Assembly: GCA_964577695.1 (NCBI GenBank)
Contig: CAZOAL010000003.1
Coordinates: 163,486-227,485, forward strand
Direction of reading: 5' to 3'
Source: an uncultured bacterium
GTDB lineage: Bacteria; Poribacteria; WGA-4E; PCPOR2b
Length of the DNA stretch: 64,000 bases
The translations under genes and the position numbers were made by a program. A model generated the notes under the pieces. It did no database searches. It saw only the letters and a program-made list of their open reading frames with translations, and had not been told where the DNA came from. This document shows, one piece after another, positions 9,690-19,138 of this stretch (positions are counted from its first letter, which is position 1; each line of letters opens with the position of its first letter).

Positions 9690-9905
9690 AACCCCCTTAG
9701 AACCATACATCAAAATCCGAAATCCCAGATCCTTCCGAAGGTTTCAAACCTACGACTTTTTCAGTTATGGGCAAAAGTGAGGCCCAGACTTCCGAAGTTT
9801 CCACAGATGAGTTGAGCGGAGACGATGCAAAACCATGAAAAACCGATTCATCAAAAATCTGGTCTCAAACTTCGGAAGTCTAAGTGAAAAACTCGTATCA
9901 AACCT
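9690..9905. repeat. MITE-like palindromic element, family A (TIR ...cgactttttcagttatgggcaaaagtga...; internal gacttccgaagttt / aaacttcggaagtct)
   Basis: near-identical copies at 21835-21995 and 53105-53300; a partial hairpin at 19060-19100. Confidence 0.8.
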
Positions 9906-10071
9906 TCGGAAGGTTTCGCACAAAGGTGGGGTCGTTATTTCCGCCGATGCGTACTACCTTTTTACCAAAATGCAGATTTTTATTTACATGGGGCGGAAAA
10001 ATTGGTAAGATTTAATACCTTGCTTCCGCCGTTGGTTGCGGAAGCCAACAAATTTGATGGAGGAATTTTTC

Positions 10072-11043
10072 ATGAGTGGAGATGTGTTGCGTTTTGGAGT
10101 CGTTGGTTTAGGAATGGGGATGTCCCGTTCCAATACGATCGCCACCACGGAAGGTGCCCAACTGGTTGCCGTTGCAGACCTCGTTGAGGGGCGACGCAAA
10201 GCGGCCGCGGAGAAGTTGGGTTGTGATACTTACGACGATGCGATCAAGATGTTTGAACGTGACGAGCTAGACGTCGCAATGATCATGACGCCGAGCGGTT
10301 TGCATGCAAAACTCGGTATTGAGGCTGCCAAGCGCGGCAAGCATGTGATTACCACGAAGCCGATGGACGTGAATCTGGATAACTGCGATGCGCTGATTCG
10401 TGCCTGTGAGGAAAATCATGTAAAACTGCTGGTGGACTTTGGCGAACGTTATGGCGAGTGGAATCGTAAGATTCGTGCGGCGCTGGAGATGGGAGCGCTT
10501 GGAAAACCCATCCTGTGCGAACTGCGCATGAAGTGGTTCCGTGCTGACAGCTATTATGAGGGGTGGCACGGCACCTGGGAGCTCGATGGCGGCGGTTCTG
10601 TGATGAACCAGGGCGTGCATTATATCGATCTCGTGCAGTGGTTCATGGGGCCCGTTGCGCGTGTGCTGGGCGCTCATTACGGTGTGTATGCACATGAGCA
10701 TTGTGAAACGGAAGACCTCACCTCGGCGATTATCGAGTTCAAGAGCGGCGCAATTGGCACTGTGTTGACGACCACGACCTTCCCCGGCGACAGTGTCTCG
10801 ATGGTCCAGATTCACGGCGAGAAAGGGGTAATCGGCATCGACCCCCATGTATGGCAGTTTAAGGAGGGAGAACCAGAAATTAATCTACCCCCTTATCCGA
10901 AGAACGTGATTCAGGACGCCATCCGGGTCATTCGAGATGGAGCGCAACCGGCGGTGGATGGCTACGAGGGCAAGAAGTCCGTCGCGCTCAACCTGGCAAT
11001 CTACGAATCCGCTCGCAAAGGCCAACCGGTTGTGCCCGGTTAA
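10072..11043 (+). CDS. Gfo/Idh/MocA family NAD(P)-dependent oxidoreductase
   Basis: MSGDVLRFGVVGLGMG Rossmann N-terminus; RBS ggagg at 10058. Confidence 0.8.
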   Translation: MSGDVLRFGVVGLGMGMSRSNTIATTEGAQLVAVADLVEGRRKAAAEKLGCDTYDDAIKMFERDELDVAMIMTPSGLHAKLGIEAAKRGKHVITTKPMDVNLDNCDALIRACEENHVKLLVDFGERYGEWNRKIRAALEMGALGKPILCELRMKWFRADSYYEGWHGTWELDGGGSVMNQGVHYIDLVQWFMGPVARVLGAHYGVYAHEHCETEDLTSAIIEFKSGAIGTVLTTTTFPGDSVSMVQIHGEKGVIGIDPHVWQFKEGEPEINLPPYPKNVIQDAIRVIRDGAQPAVDGYEGKKSVALNLAIYESARKGQPVVPG

Positions 11044-11049
11044 AAAAGG

Positions 11050-11200
11050 AGTGGTCATCATTCAGAGTACACCTGTAGTCTAGTACCCTGTCACACAAGA
11101 TTTGACCAGTTCGTAGTGGCGACTTCAGTCGCTCTTTTGAACGTTACTACGAAAAGCCAACTTATTGCAAATTAATTTGACAAGGGGCTAGACTACGACT
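11050..11200. repeat. palindromic repeat element, family C (gtagtctagtaccctg ... cgtagtggcgacttcagtcgc ... ggggctagactacgac)
   Basis: reverse-complement copy of the core at 54660-54682 (gcgactgaagtcgccactacg), with the flanking gggggctaaactacgat palindrome at 54725-54770. Confidence 0.65.
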
Positions 11201-11234
11201 GGATTGACCGATAATTATGAGGAGGGAAAATAGG

Positions 11235-12017
11235 ATGGTCTTGACATCAGATTCGATTCATCATTATCGCGAACAGGGATATTTGGTCGTTGAAGATTTG
11301 TTCGCACCTGACGAGTGTGAGGAGATTAATCGCTATGCAGCGGATGTGGTGATGGGGAGGATACCGCTTCCGGAGCGAACCGGAATCTGGATGGAGCCTG
11401 CTGCGGAGGAGATGGGATTGGTGAAGGCGGACAACCGGTACGACTATCTGTTTAAGATCGGCCATCAGATGCACATAGCCGATCCGGTTTTTCAGCGCTA
11501 TGCTGTGCATCCACGGCTGGCGGACGTACTTGAAGGGCTCATCGGGCCGGACGTCAAGTGCGTGCAGAGTATGTACATCGACAAGCCCCGTGGAATCGGA
11601 ATTGGGCAGCCGTACCATCAGGACGCCTGGTATCTGAAAACTGACCCCGATACACTGATGGCAGTCTGGATTGCCTGCGATGATGCGGATTTAGACAACG
11701 GCTGCCTGCATGTCGTCCCCGGCAGTCAGAACGACCCCATCCATACCCACGAGAAGCCGATTGACCCCGACCAGCGCATCTATGCCGAGGTGCATAGCGC
11801 ACGCTCACGCCCAGAGGTCGCTGTGCCGCTCAAGACAGGCAGTGCCGTGTTCTTCGGTGGGCATGTACTGCACCGGTCGGGCAACAACTGCTCGAATCGG
11901 AAGCGGCGATGTTATGTCCTCCACTATGCCGACGCGAAGTCGAAATGGCTCAATGATCCGAAGGCAAAGAATCCGTTTTTGCTGGTGAGAGGGAAAGAAT
12001 ATCCGGGGTGTCTGTAA
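11235..12017 (+). CDS. phytanoyl-CoA dioxygenase (PhyH) family Fe(II)/2OG oxygenase
   Basis: HQDAWY ... HVVPGSQ ... HYA motif spacing typical of PhyH; RBS gaggaggg before ATG 11235. Confidence 0.8.
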   Translation: MVLTSDSIHHYREQGYLVVEDLFAPDECEEINRYAADVVMGRIPLPERTGIWMEPAAEEMGLVKADNRYDYLFKIGHQMHIADPVFQRYAVHPRLADVLEGLIGPDVKCVQSMYIDKPRGIGIGQPYHQDAWYLKTDPDTLMAVWIACDDADLDNGCLHVVPGSQNDPIHTHEKPIDPDQRIYAEVHSARSRPEVAVPLKTGSAVFFGGHVLHRSGNNCSNRKRRCYVLHYADAKSKWLNDPKAKNPFLLVRGKEYPGCL

Positions 12018-12073
12018 CTCATTGTCAATCATCATCTTGACCATTACAATTTCAGCAAAGAAGGCAGATTACG

Positions 12074-12436
12074 ATGACAGACGAGATGATTACAACGCTT
12101 TCCTTCGATGAACTTCCCCCTGATGATGAATCGGCGTGGGAGCAGTTTGATCGCTTAACCGATGCAGAATGTGAAGAGAGACAAGATAGAGACAATCCGC
12201 CGTTGACAGCGGAACAGCGAAAACAATTCAGGCGGGCTTATTTCGTCAAAGGGGAAATGGTCTGGAAAGATGACAAAACGATTGGGGAATTGTTGAAAGA
12301 GAAGGGAGAGGCCCCGACAATCATTCCTGTGGATTCGGACATTGCCGAATGGTTCAAAGCACAAGGGCAAGACTTTAAAGCCCTCATGAATGCAGCACTC
12401 AGAGATTATGTCTCCGCTCACCAAAACGCCCGTTGA
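12074..12436 (+). CDS. BrnA-like (DUF4415) antitoxin-family protein, with no adjacent toxin gene
   Basis: C-terminal IPVDSDIAEWFKAQGQDFKALMNAALRDYVSAHQ resembles BrnA-family antitoxins. Confidence 0.5.
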   Translation: MTDEMITTLSFDELPPDDESAWEQFDRLTDAECEERQDRDNPPLTAEQRKQFRRAYFVKGEMVWKDDKTIGELLKEKGEAPTIIPVDSDIAEWFKAQGQDFKALMNAALRDYVSAHQNAR

Positions 12437-12452
12437 TTGAAAGGGAATCCTG

Positions 12453-15400
12453 ATGCAACAACTTTCCTTGAAACCCACGCACAAGCCTGTCAGGGCATAT
12501 TATGACGCCTTAGCTCGATTTCACGCCATCGGTGTTGCGCATGAAACCGCCGTGCGCTCTGCCTTTTTTAGCCTGCTCGAATCCTGCGGGCGTCAGTTTG
12601 ATTGGACGCTGGTCCCAGAGTGGCCGATGAAACGAGGCAAGAACCAACGGATTATTGTGGACGGTGCGCTCGTGGATGCGTATCACTTGACGCACGGCTT
12701 CTGGGAAGCGAAGGATAGTCAAGATGACCTGGAACGGGAAATCGACAAGAAGTTTTCTACTGGCTACCCCAGAGATAATATCCTGTTTCAGGCACCTGAA
12801 CGGGCAATCCTCTGGCAGAATGACCGACAGGTTCTGGATGCCGATCTCACCCAAGTCGATCAGTTAATCGAAACGCTCACAGCCCTCTTGGAGTATCGCC
12901 CCCCTGATTATGTCGAATGGGAGAAAGCGGTTGCGGAGTTCAAAGACCGCGTTCCTGACTTGGCAACAGGGCTTGTGAGACTCATCGAAAAGGAACGGCA
13001 AACCAACACGCGCTTTCTCTCAGCCTTCACTGTTTTCACCGAGAAGTGTCGTCAATCGATAAACCCTAACATCTCCTCAGCGGCGGTCGAGGAGATGTTG
13101 ATTCAGCACTTGCTCACCGAACGCATCTTCCGCACGGTCTTTCACAACCCGGATTTCAGGGATAAAAATGTCATCGCTTGCGAAATCGAAACGGTGATTC
13201 GAGCTTTGACTTCCCAATCCTTCAGCAGAGATCAATTCCTCAAGAACCTCGATCGGTTCTATGTCGCGATTGAACGAACCGCCGCCACGATTGACGACTT
13301 CTCTCACAAACAGCATTTCCTCAACACGGTCTACGAACAATTCTTTCAAGGCTACTCCGTCAAGGTCGCTGACACACACGGCATCGTCTACACCCCACAG
13401 CCGATTGTCACGTTCATGGTCAAGAGTGTGGAGGACATCTTGCAAAAAGAGTTTGGCAGGTCGCTTTCTGATAGGGACGTGCATATCATCGATCCGTTCG
13501 TGGGAACGGGTAACTTCATCGTGCACGTCATGCAGGAGATCAGGAAAACCGCGCTCCCTCACAAATATGCCCATGAACTCCACTGTAACGAGGTGATGCT
13601 CCTGCCCTACTACATCGCTTCGATGAACATCGAACACGAATACTTTGAAGCAACGGGACACTATCAGCCCTTTGAAGGCATCTGCTTGGTGGATACGTTT
13701 GATCTGGCAGAGGAACGGCAACTCCCGCTGTTTGTTGAGGAAAACACGGCGCGGGTGGAAAAGCAGAAGCGGACGCCGATGTTTGTGATTATCGGGAATC
13801 CGCCGTACAATACGACACAGGTGAATGAGAATGATAATAACAAGAATCGGAAGTATGAAACGATAGATAAGCGCGTGTCGGAAACATACGCAAAAGATTC
13901 AAAGGCTACTAATGTCAATAAGCTGAGTGATCCCTACGTCAAAGCGATTCGTTGGGCATCAGATCGGATCGGTGAGGAAGGTATCGTCGCATTCGTGACG
14001 AACAATAGTTTTATGGATCAAATTGCCTTTGATGGGATGCGTCAACACTTAGCAAAAGATTTTGATGTGATTTATGTCCTCGACTTGAGCGGCAATGTCA
14101 GGAAGAATCCGAAGCTATCAGGCACCACGCATAACGTGTTTGGCATTCAGGTAGGCGTCAGTATTAACCTTTTCATCAGAAAAAGTCAGGCACCCAAAAA
14201 CGCCGCACAGATCCATTACGCACGGGTGGATGAGTTTTGGCGAAAAGAGGAGAAGTATCGGTATCTGGACGAAAAGCAACACAGAGGCACTATTGATTGG
14301 CAATCTATCCAGCCAGATAAGAAAAAGGCGTGGCTGACGGAAGGTCTACACGATGAGTTTGAAACGCTCATATCCATGGGGAATAAGGCATCGAAATCTG
14401 CGAGGGGAGAGGCTGTCGATGCGATCTTCAAGGTTTACAGTCTCGGCGTTGTTACCAACCGCGATACTTGGGCGTACAACTTCAACCGAGATACCCTCAT
14501 CGGAAACATCAAACGAACCATCGCAACCTACAACGAGCAGGTCTTAAAGTGGATTCACCGATCGAATAAAGATGCGAACGTGGATGACTTTGTGCTGTAT
14601 GACGATAGCAGACTGAGCTGGAGCAGAGACTTAAAAGCGGATCTCAACAGAGGACGGCTGGCGGAATTTTCGGAGGAAAAGGTGAGGCAATCCCTCTACC
14701 GCCCGTTTACTCGCACCACTCTGTTCTTTGATCGAATCTTGAACCAGGATGTTTTTGTCTTTCCTTCCATTTACCCCATGCCTGAAACAGAAGCGGAGAA
14801 TCGGGTGATTTGCCTAAGCGCAGTTGGAAATAACAAGGCATTTCATTGTTTAGTGGTAAATATCATACCAGATTTACACTTGACTGGTGATTCTCAATCC
14901 TTCCCCTTCTACACCTACAACGAGGACGGCACGAACCGCCGCGAAAACATTACCGACTGGTCACTCGCTCAATTCCGCAATCACTATGCCCAATCCGCAA
15001 TCCGCAATCCGCAATCCGCAATCGAAAAATGGGATATATTCCACTACGTCTATGCTGTGCTGCATCACCCCGATTATCGTGAACGGTATCAAGCCAACCT
15101 GAAGCGAGAATTGCCCCGCATTCCCTTTGCGCCCGATTTCTGGGCGTTTGCCAGTGCAGGGGAACGCTTGGCAGAGATTCACGTCCACTATGAGGAGCAG
15201 CCCGAATATCCGCTGAAAATGGTTGAGACTCCCAATCAGCGGCTCGATTGGCGTGTCGAGAAGATGCGGCTTTCCAAAGACAAGACGCAACTTCGCTACA
15301 ACGATTTCTTGACGCTGGACGGGGTTCCATCGGAAGCGTTTGACTATCGGCTCGGCAATCGCTCGGCGTTGGATTGGGTGATAGACCAGTATCAGGTCAA

Positions 15401-15554
15401 GACCGACTCACGAAGCGGTATCGTCAATGACCCCAATCGACAGGATGACCCCGAATACATTGTCCGTTTGATTGGACAGGTGATCACCGTGAGTCTGGAA
15501 ACGGTGAAGATTGTGAAGGCTTTGCCAGAGCTGGGGATACCATCGGAAGGGTAA
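12453..15554 (+). CDS. single-polypeptide Type IIL/IIG restriction-modification enzyme (MmeI-like): N-terminal PD-ExK nuclease, gamma-class N6-adenine methyltransferase, C-terminal target-recognition domain
   Basis: PD-ExK signature in IVDGALVDAYHLTHGFWEAKD; methyltransferase motif IV VIIGNPPYN; 1033 aa. Confidence 0.75.
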   Translation: MQQLSLKPTHKPVRAYYDALARFHAIGVAHETAVRSAFFSLLESCGRQFDWTLVPEWPMKRGKNQRIIVDGALVDAYHLTHGFWEAKDSQDDLEREIDKKFSTGYPRDNILFQAPERAILWQNDRQVLDADLTQVDQLIETLTALLEYRPPDYVEWEKAVAEFKDRVPDLATGLVRLIEKERQTNTRFLSAFTVFTEKCRQSINPNISSAAVEEMLIQHLLTERIFRTVFHNPDFRDKNVIACEIETVIRALTSQSFSRDQFLKNLDRFYVAIERTAATIDDFSHKQHFLNTVYEQFFQGYSVKVADTHGIVYTPQPIVTFMVKSVEDILQKEFGRSLSDRDVHIIDPFVGTGNFIVHVMQEIRKTALPHKYAHELHCNEVMLLPYYIASMNIEHEYFEATGHYQPFEGICLVDTFDLAEERQLPLFVEENTARVEKQKRTPMFVIIGNPPYNTTQVNENDNNKNRKYETIDKRVSETYAKDSKATNVNKLSDPYVKAIRWASDRIGEEGIVAFVTNNSFMDQIAFDGMRQHLAKDFDVIYVLDLSGNVRKNPKLSGTTHNVFGIQVGVSINLFIRKSQAPKNAAQIHYARVDEFWRKEEKYRYLDEKQHRGTIDWQSIQPDKKKAWLTEGLHDEFETLISMGNKASKSARGEAVDAIFKVYSLGVVTNRDTWAYNFNRDTLIGNIKRTIATYNEQVLKWIHRSNKDANVDDFVLYDDSRLSWSRDLKADLNRGRLAEFSEEKVRQSLYRPFTRTTLFFDRILNQDVFVFPSIYPMPETEAENRVICLSAVGNNKAFHCLVVNIIPDLHLTGDSQSFPFYTYNEDGTNRRENITDWSLAQFRNHYAQSAIRNPQSAIEKWDIFHYVYAVLHHPDYRERYQANLKRELPRIPFAPDFWAFASAGERLAEIHVHYEEQPEYPLKMVETPNQRLDWRVEKMRLSKDKTQLRYNDFLTLDGVPSEAFDYRLGNRSALDWVIDQYQVKTDSRSGIVNDPNRQDDPEYIVRLIGQVITVSLETVKIVKALPELGIPSEG
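14988..15022 (+). repeat. (CAATCCG)x~4.7 heptamer tandem repeat inside the RM coding sequence
   Basis: cccaatccgcaatccgcaatccgcaatccgcaatcg, encoding QSAIRNPQSAIRNPQSAIE; the 7-bp unit is not a multiple of 3. Confidence 0.9.
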
Positions 15555-15628
15555 GAAAGCAGAGCGGGCAAAACCATCAGACGAACAGCTTGAACTGCTC
15601 TGATAGATTGGATAGAAAGGAAAAAAAG

Positions 15629-15904
15629 ATGAAAACCATTGCCATTGAACAGGCAAAATTAAAGATAAAAGAATCACTTGCATCAAACGACACCCTAATC
15701 GACCAGCGCGAATTAGCGAAAATGCTAGGCATCAATATAAAAGCCGTGGCGCGCGCGTATCACGAGCTGGTCGAGGAAGGCATTGTTCACGAAGAAACCT
15801 ACTTTCTTTGGAAAAACCCGGTCATGCGTCAGCGTCTTTTTGAAGCGATGCAAAGCCAAGAATATATTCCATTTGAGGTGGTTCGTGAAAGACTTGGTAT
15901 TTAA
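15629..15904 (+). CDS. Phd/YefM-position antitoxin
   Basis: MKTIAIEQAKLKIKE N-terminus; immediately upstream of and overlapping the YoeB gene; RBS aaagg at 15615. Confidence 0.6.
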   Translation: MKTIAIEQAKLKIKESLASNDTLIDQRELAKMLGINIKAVARAYHELVEEGIVHEETYFLWKNPVMRQRLFEAMQSQEYIPFEVVRERLGI

Positions 15905-16145
15905 GCCACAAGCGCTTCAAGATTTAGAATGGTGGATTAAGCAAAATCGAAAAGTGGCATTACGAATTTTGTCTCTGTTGCGAGAAATTCAGCAAACCCC
16001 CTTTCATGGCAGAGGTAAGCCTGAGCTTCTGAGGCACCAATATGCCGGTTGCTGGTCCAGACGTATCGATCAAGTCAATCGTATTGTTTATCAGGTTGAA
16101 ACGGATAAAATTATTGTTCATGCCTGCAAAGGTCACTACCAATGA
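15885..16145 (+). CDS. yoeB: YoeB/Txe-family type II toxin (ribosome-dependent mRNA interferase)
   Basis: ...REIQQTPFHGRGKPELLRHQYAGCWSRRIDQVNRIVYQVETDKIIVHACKGHY matches YoeB along its length; GTG start at 15885, 20-nt overlap with the antitoxin. Confidence 0.8.
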   Translation: MKDLVFKPQALQDLEWWIKQNRKVALRILSLLREIQQTPFHGRGKPELLRHQYAGCWSRRIDQVNRIVYQVETDKIIVHACKGHYQ

Positions 16146-16320
16146 AAACCGCCGCCATTTATGCCCGCGACTCACCTGGGCGTGACCGAGACCAGACCTC
16201 CACCATCGATGAAGCGCACATCGACATAGACCGTGCCATCTAGCAGATTTCACCAGAAATAGACAGTCATCGGAGATTTACAATACGGAACAGGAGTCAC
16301 ACGCAGAAGGGAGACAACAG

Positions 16321-16941
16321 ATGCGAGATTTGATCATTCTGGGACTCGGGGCGCACGGCCCGGAGATGGCGGAAATGGTGGAGGCGGTCAACCGCGTAAA
16401 AGAGACATGGCACCTGCGTGGCTTCATCTCCCCGGATGGACATCAGGTTGGGGAGTCTGTCAACGGTTACCCCGTCCTTGGCACGATGGAGGTGTTAAAG
16501 GATTACCCAGATGCTGATGTGGTGCCTCACAACGAGGGGACCGAGCGCCTGAACGTCCCCCGCCATCGGCTAGTGTCACTCATCCATCCCAGCGCCGTTG
16601 TGTCCCGCACGGCGCACATTGGCGTTGGCTGTGTCATTTATCCGCACTGTTACGTCGGTCTCAATGCACGGATAAATGATTTCGTCTTTTGCCTGAGTGG
16701 GTGTATCATCAATCACGATGATGTCATCGAAGAGCGGGTAATCTTCGCGAGTGGGGTCACGCTGGCGGGCGTCGTGCATGTGGAGTCCGACTGCTACCTG
16801 GGTCAGGGGTGTCAGGTCAGGCAACACTTGAGAATCGGTCGGAACAGCCTGATTGGTATGGGCGCGGTGGTGGTCACGGATGTTCCACCGAACAGCGTCA
16901 TGGTCGGCAATCCGGCTCGGAAACTGAGAGAGCGGGGATGA
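16321..16941 (+). CDS. PglD/NeuD-family sugar O-acyltransferase (left-handed beta-helix, hexapeptide repeats)
   Basis: Rossmann-like N-terminus MRDLIILGLGAHG followed by hexapeptide repeats (IGVGCVIYPHCYVGLNARIND...). Confidence 0.7.
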   Translation: MRDLIILGLGAHGPEMAEMVEAVNRVKETWHLRGFISPDGHQVGESVNGYPVLGTMEVLKDYPDADVVPHNEGTERLNVPRHRLVSLIHPSAVVSRTAHIGVGCVIYPHCYVGLNARINDFVFCLSGCIINHDDVIEERVIFASGVTLAGVVHVESDCYLGQGCQVRQHLRIGRNSLIGMGAVVVTDVPPNSVMVGNPARKLRERG

Positions 16942-17254
16942 GCGGACGCCGCGACTGGCTCGGCGTGGATTGACACATCCACGCCACGACTGCCGCTGGA
17001 TTTGTCAATCCAGCGAGAGCAGGAAAAATGTTAGCTACTGAAGTCATCGGACATAATTATTTGAGGCTTGGTCATAATTACCGGCAGATCCCGTTTGGCT
17101 ATGACTTTGCCGTGGGAGCAACCTCCCGGTCGCGAGGCGATGAATCGAGTCCGGCAGGACTCTCCCACAGAATTATGACCAACCCTCAATTATTTTGATA
17201 TTCGCCCCCATTCTGGATGCTTGAGACACTGCTTCCCCGACAAATTAAAAATTG

Positions 17255-17300
17255 AAGATTGAAGATTGAAACATCCGCAATCGACAATTGACAATCGACA
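17255..17300. repeat. tandem heptamers (GATTGAA)x3 then CAATCGACA/ATTGACA units
   Basis: aattgaagattgaagattgaaacatccgcaatcgacaattgacaatcgacaaagg. Confidence 0.8.
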
Positions 17301-17313
17301 AAGGAGATTTTAC

Positions 17314-18084
17314 TTGTCTGAACAACCGATTATCGAGGTCCATCGTCTGACCAAACATTTTGGCGACGTGACGGCGGTCAATGCCCTTTCCTTCACGGTG
17401 GATAAGGGGGAGATTCTAGGGCTACTTGGCCCCAACGGTGCCGGGAAGACCACGACGATTCAGATGCTTCTCGGCTTGACGACGCCCACGTCAGGGGACA
17501 TCCGTATTTTTGGACTCAATGTGCGGAAGCATCGTCTTGCGATTCTACAACGTGTCAACTTTTCCTCCGCTTATGTCTCCCTGCCCAGCAACCTGACAGG
17601 GCGGGAAAACCTGACCGTCTTTGCGCGACTTTACGGCATCCGTAAACCACAGCAGAAAATCGATGCGTTGTTAAATCTATTCGAGATTCCGCAAGCCCGC
17701 GACCGCGTGTCGGGTGCGCTCTCGTCGGGGCAGTTGACCCGCCTGAATCTCTGCAAAGCGTTCTTGAATGACCCGGAGGTGCTGTTCCTTGACGAGCCAA
17801 CCGCCAGCCTCGACCCGGACATCGCCGATAAGGTCCGCTCAACCTTGCGTCAGATTCAGCGGGAACGCGGCGTGACCATACTCTATACCTCCCACAACAT
17901 GCGGGAAATCGAACTGATGTGTGACCGGGTGATTTTTCTCTCGCGTGGAAATATCGTCGCCGAGGGCACCCCCAAAGAAATTCTCGAACGCGCCCGGACA
18001 CAGTCGTTAGAAGAGGTGTTTATCTCAATTGCACGAGATGGGGAACTGAAAGACCTATCAGCAAGAAAAGTGGAGGACAACTGA
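17314..18084 (+). CDS. ABC transporter ATP-binding protein
   Basis: Walker A GPNGAGKTT, signature LSSGQ, Walker B LFLDEP; TTG start 7 nt after RBS aaggag. Confidence 0.85.
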   Translation: MSEQPIIEVHRLTKHFGDVTAVNALSFTVDKGEILGLLGPNGAGKTTTIQMLLGLTTPTSGDIRIFGLNVRKHRLAILQRVNFSSAYVSLPSNLTGRENLTVFARLYGIRKPQQKIDALLNLFEIPQARDRVSGALSSGQLTRLNLCKAFLNDPEVLFLDEPTASLDPDIADKVRSTLRQIQRERGVTILYTSHNMREIELMCDRVIFLSRGNIVAEGTPKEILERARTQSLEEVFISIARDGELKDLSARKVEDN

Positions 18085-18863
18085 TGTGGATGCGAGTGAG
18101 CGGCTTAATTTTGCGCCATCTTTATCTCTATCGGCGGAGTTTGGCACGAGCGGGTGAAATCTTCTTCTGGCCCGTCATGGATCTCCTCGTCTGGGGGTTC
18201 GTCACCGCCTATATGGAACGGCTGAACGTCACGGCCCTTTTCTTGCTCGGTTCGCTGATTTTCTGGGACATTCTCTACCGCTCCCAACAGGCGATTACCT
18301 TTTCTATCACAGAGGAGATCTGGGTCAAAAACATCCTCAACATCTTCATCGCTCCTGTCAGCATTTATGAACTGATGCTTTCGACCTGCCTGCTCGGCGT
18401 GATTAAGGCACTCATTACCGCCGTTGTGTTGGGAGGGCTTGCCTATCTCCTCTACGCCTTCAACCTGTTGGCTGTCGGTATGGCAATCCTCCCCTTTATG
18501 GTCAGCCTTCTTCTGTTTGGCTGGGCGGTCGGGATGGTCACAACAGCGCTCATCCTCCGTTTGGGGCAGGCAGCAGAAGCCCTGGTCTGGGGAGTCCCCT
18601 TCCTGATACAACCCTTCTCGGCGGTCTTTTACCCGGTGGATGTGCTTCCGAAAGTGTTACAGGTGATCGCACACGGTTTGCCCTCAACGTACATCTTTGA
18701 AGGGATGCGAACAGCCCTGCGAACGGGTAGTGTGGATGTTTCCATGCTTATGACAGCGTTTGCCCTCAACGTCGTATACCTGGCTGCCGGTGCAACATTT
18801 TTTGGATGGATGTTCCAGCAGGTGCGGAAAAAAGGCTATCTGAGCCGACTGGGAATGGAATGA
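18084..18863 (+). CDS. ABC-2 type transporter permease
   Basis: six TM segments; ATGA overlap with the ATPase gene. Confidence 0.8.
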   Translation: MWMRVSGLILRHLYLYRRSLARAGEIFFWPVMDLLVWGFVTAYMERLNVTALFLLGSLIFWDILYRSQQAITFSITEEIWVKNILNIFIAPVSIYELMLSTCLLGVIKALITAVVLGGLAYLLYAFNLLAVGMAILPFMVSLLLFGWAVGMVTTALILRLGQAAEALVWGVPFLIQPFSAVFYPVDVLPKVLQVIAHGLPSTYIFEGMRTALRTGSVDVSMLMTAFALNVVYLAAGATFFGWMFQQVRKKGYLSRLGME

Positions 18864-19138
18864 TGAGCGGAAAGGGGAATGTTTTAGAAACCTCTTTACA
18901 CGCTTTGGGGTTGGAAGATTGGAAGAATGGAAGGATGGGTGGCAGGGCTTCATCTTCCATTCGTGCAGGTTTCCTGCTCTCATATCAAGTGCAAACTCAT
19001 TTTTTCAGGAATTTGAAACATGCCACTATTAGTCAACCAAATTTAATCTGAGGGATAGACTTCCGAAGTTTCCGAAACTTCGGAAGTCTGCGAGTCCATC
19101 AATTTAAATTTGGTGAAGCACTCTAAGGAGAAAAAATA

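Noticed and set aside
9459-9815. ORFs 9459..9815 and 9478..9780 (+), 9409..9621 (-) over the GC-rich palindromes and MITE A
   Set aside because: They lie over REP-like palindromes and a repeat element. Proline/Gly-rich low complexity arises from the GGGG/CCCC runs.
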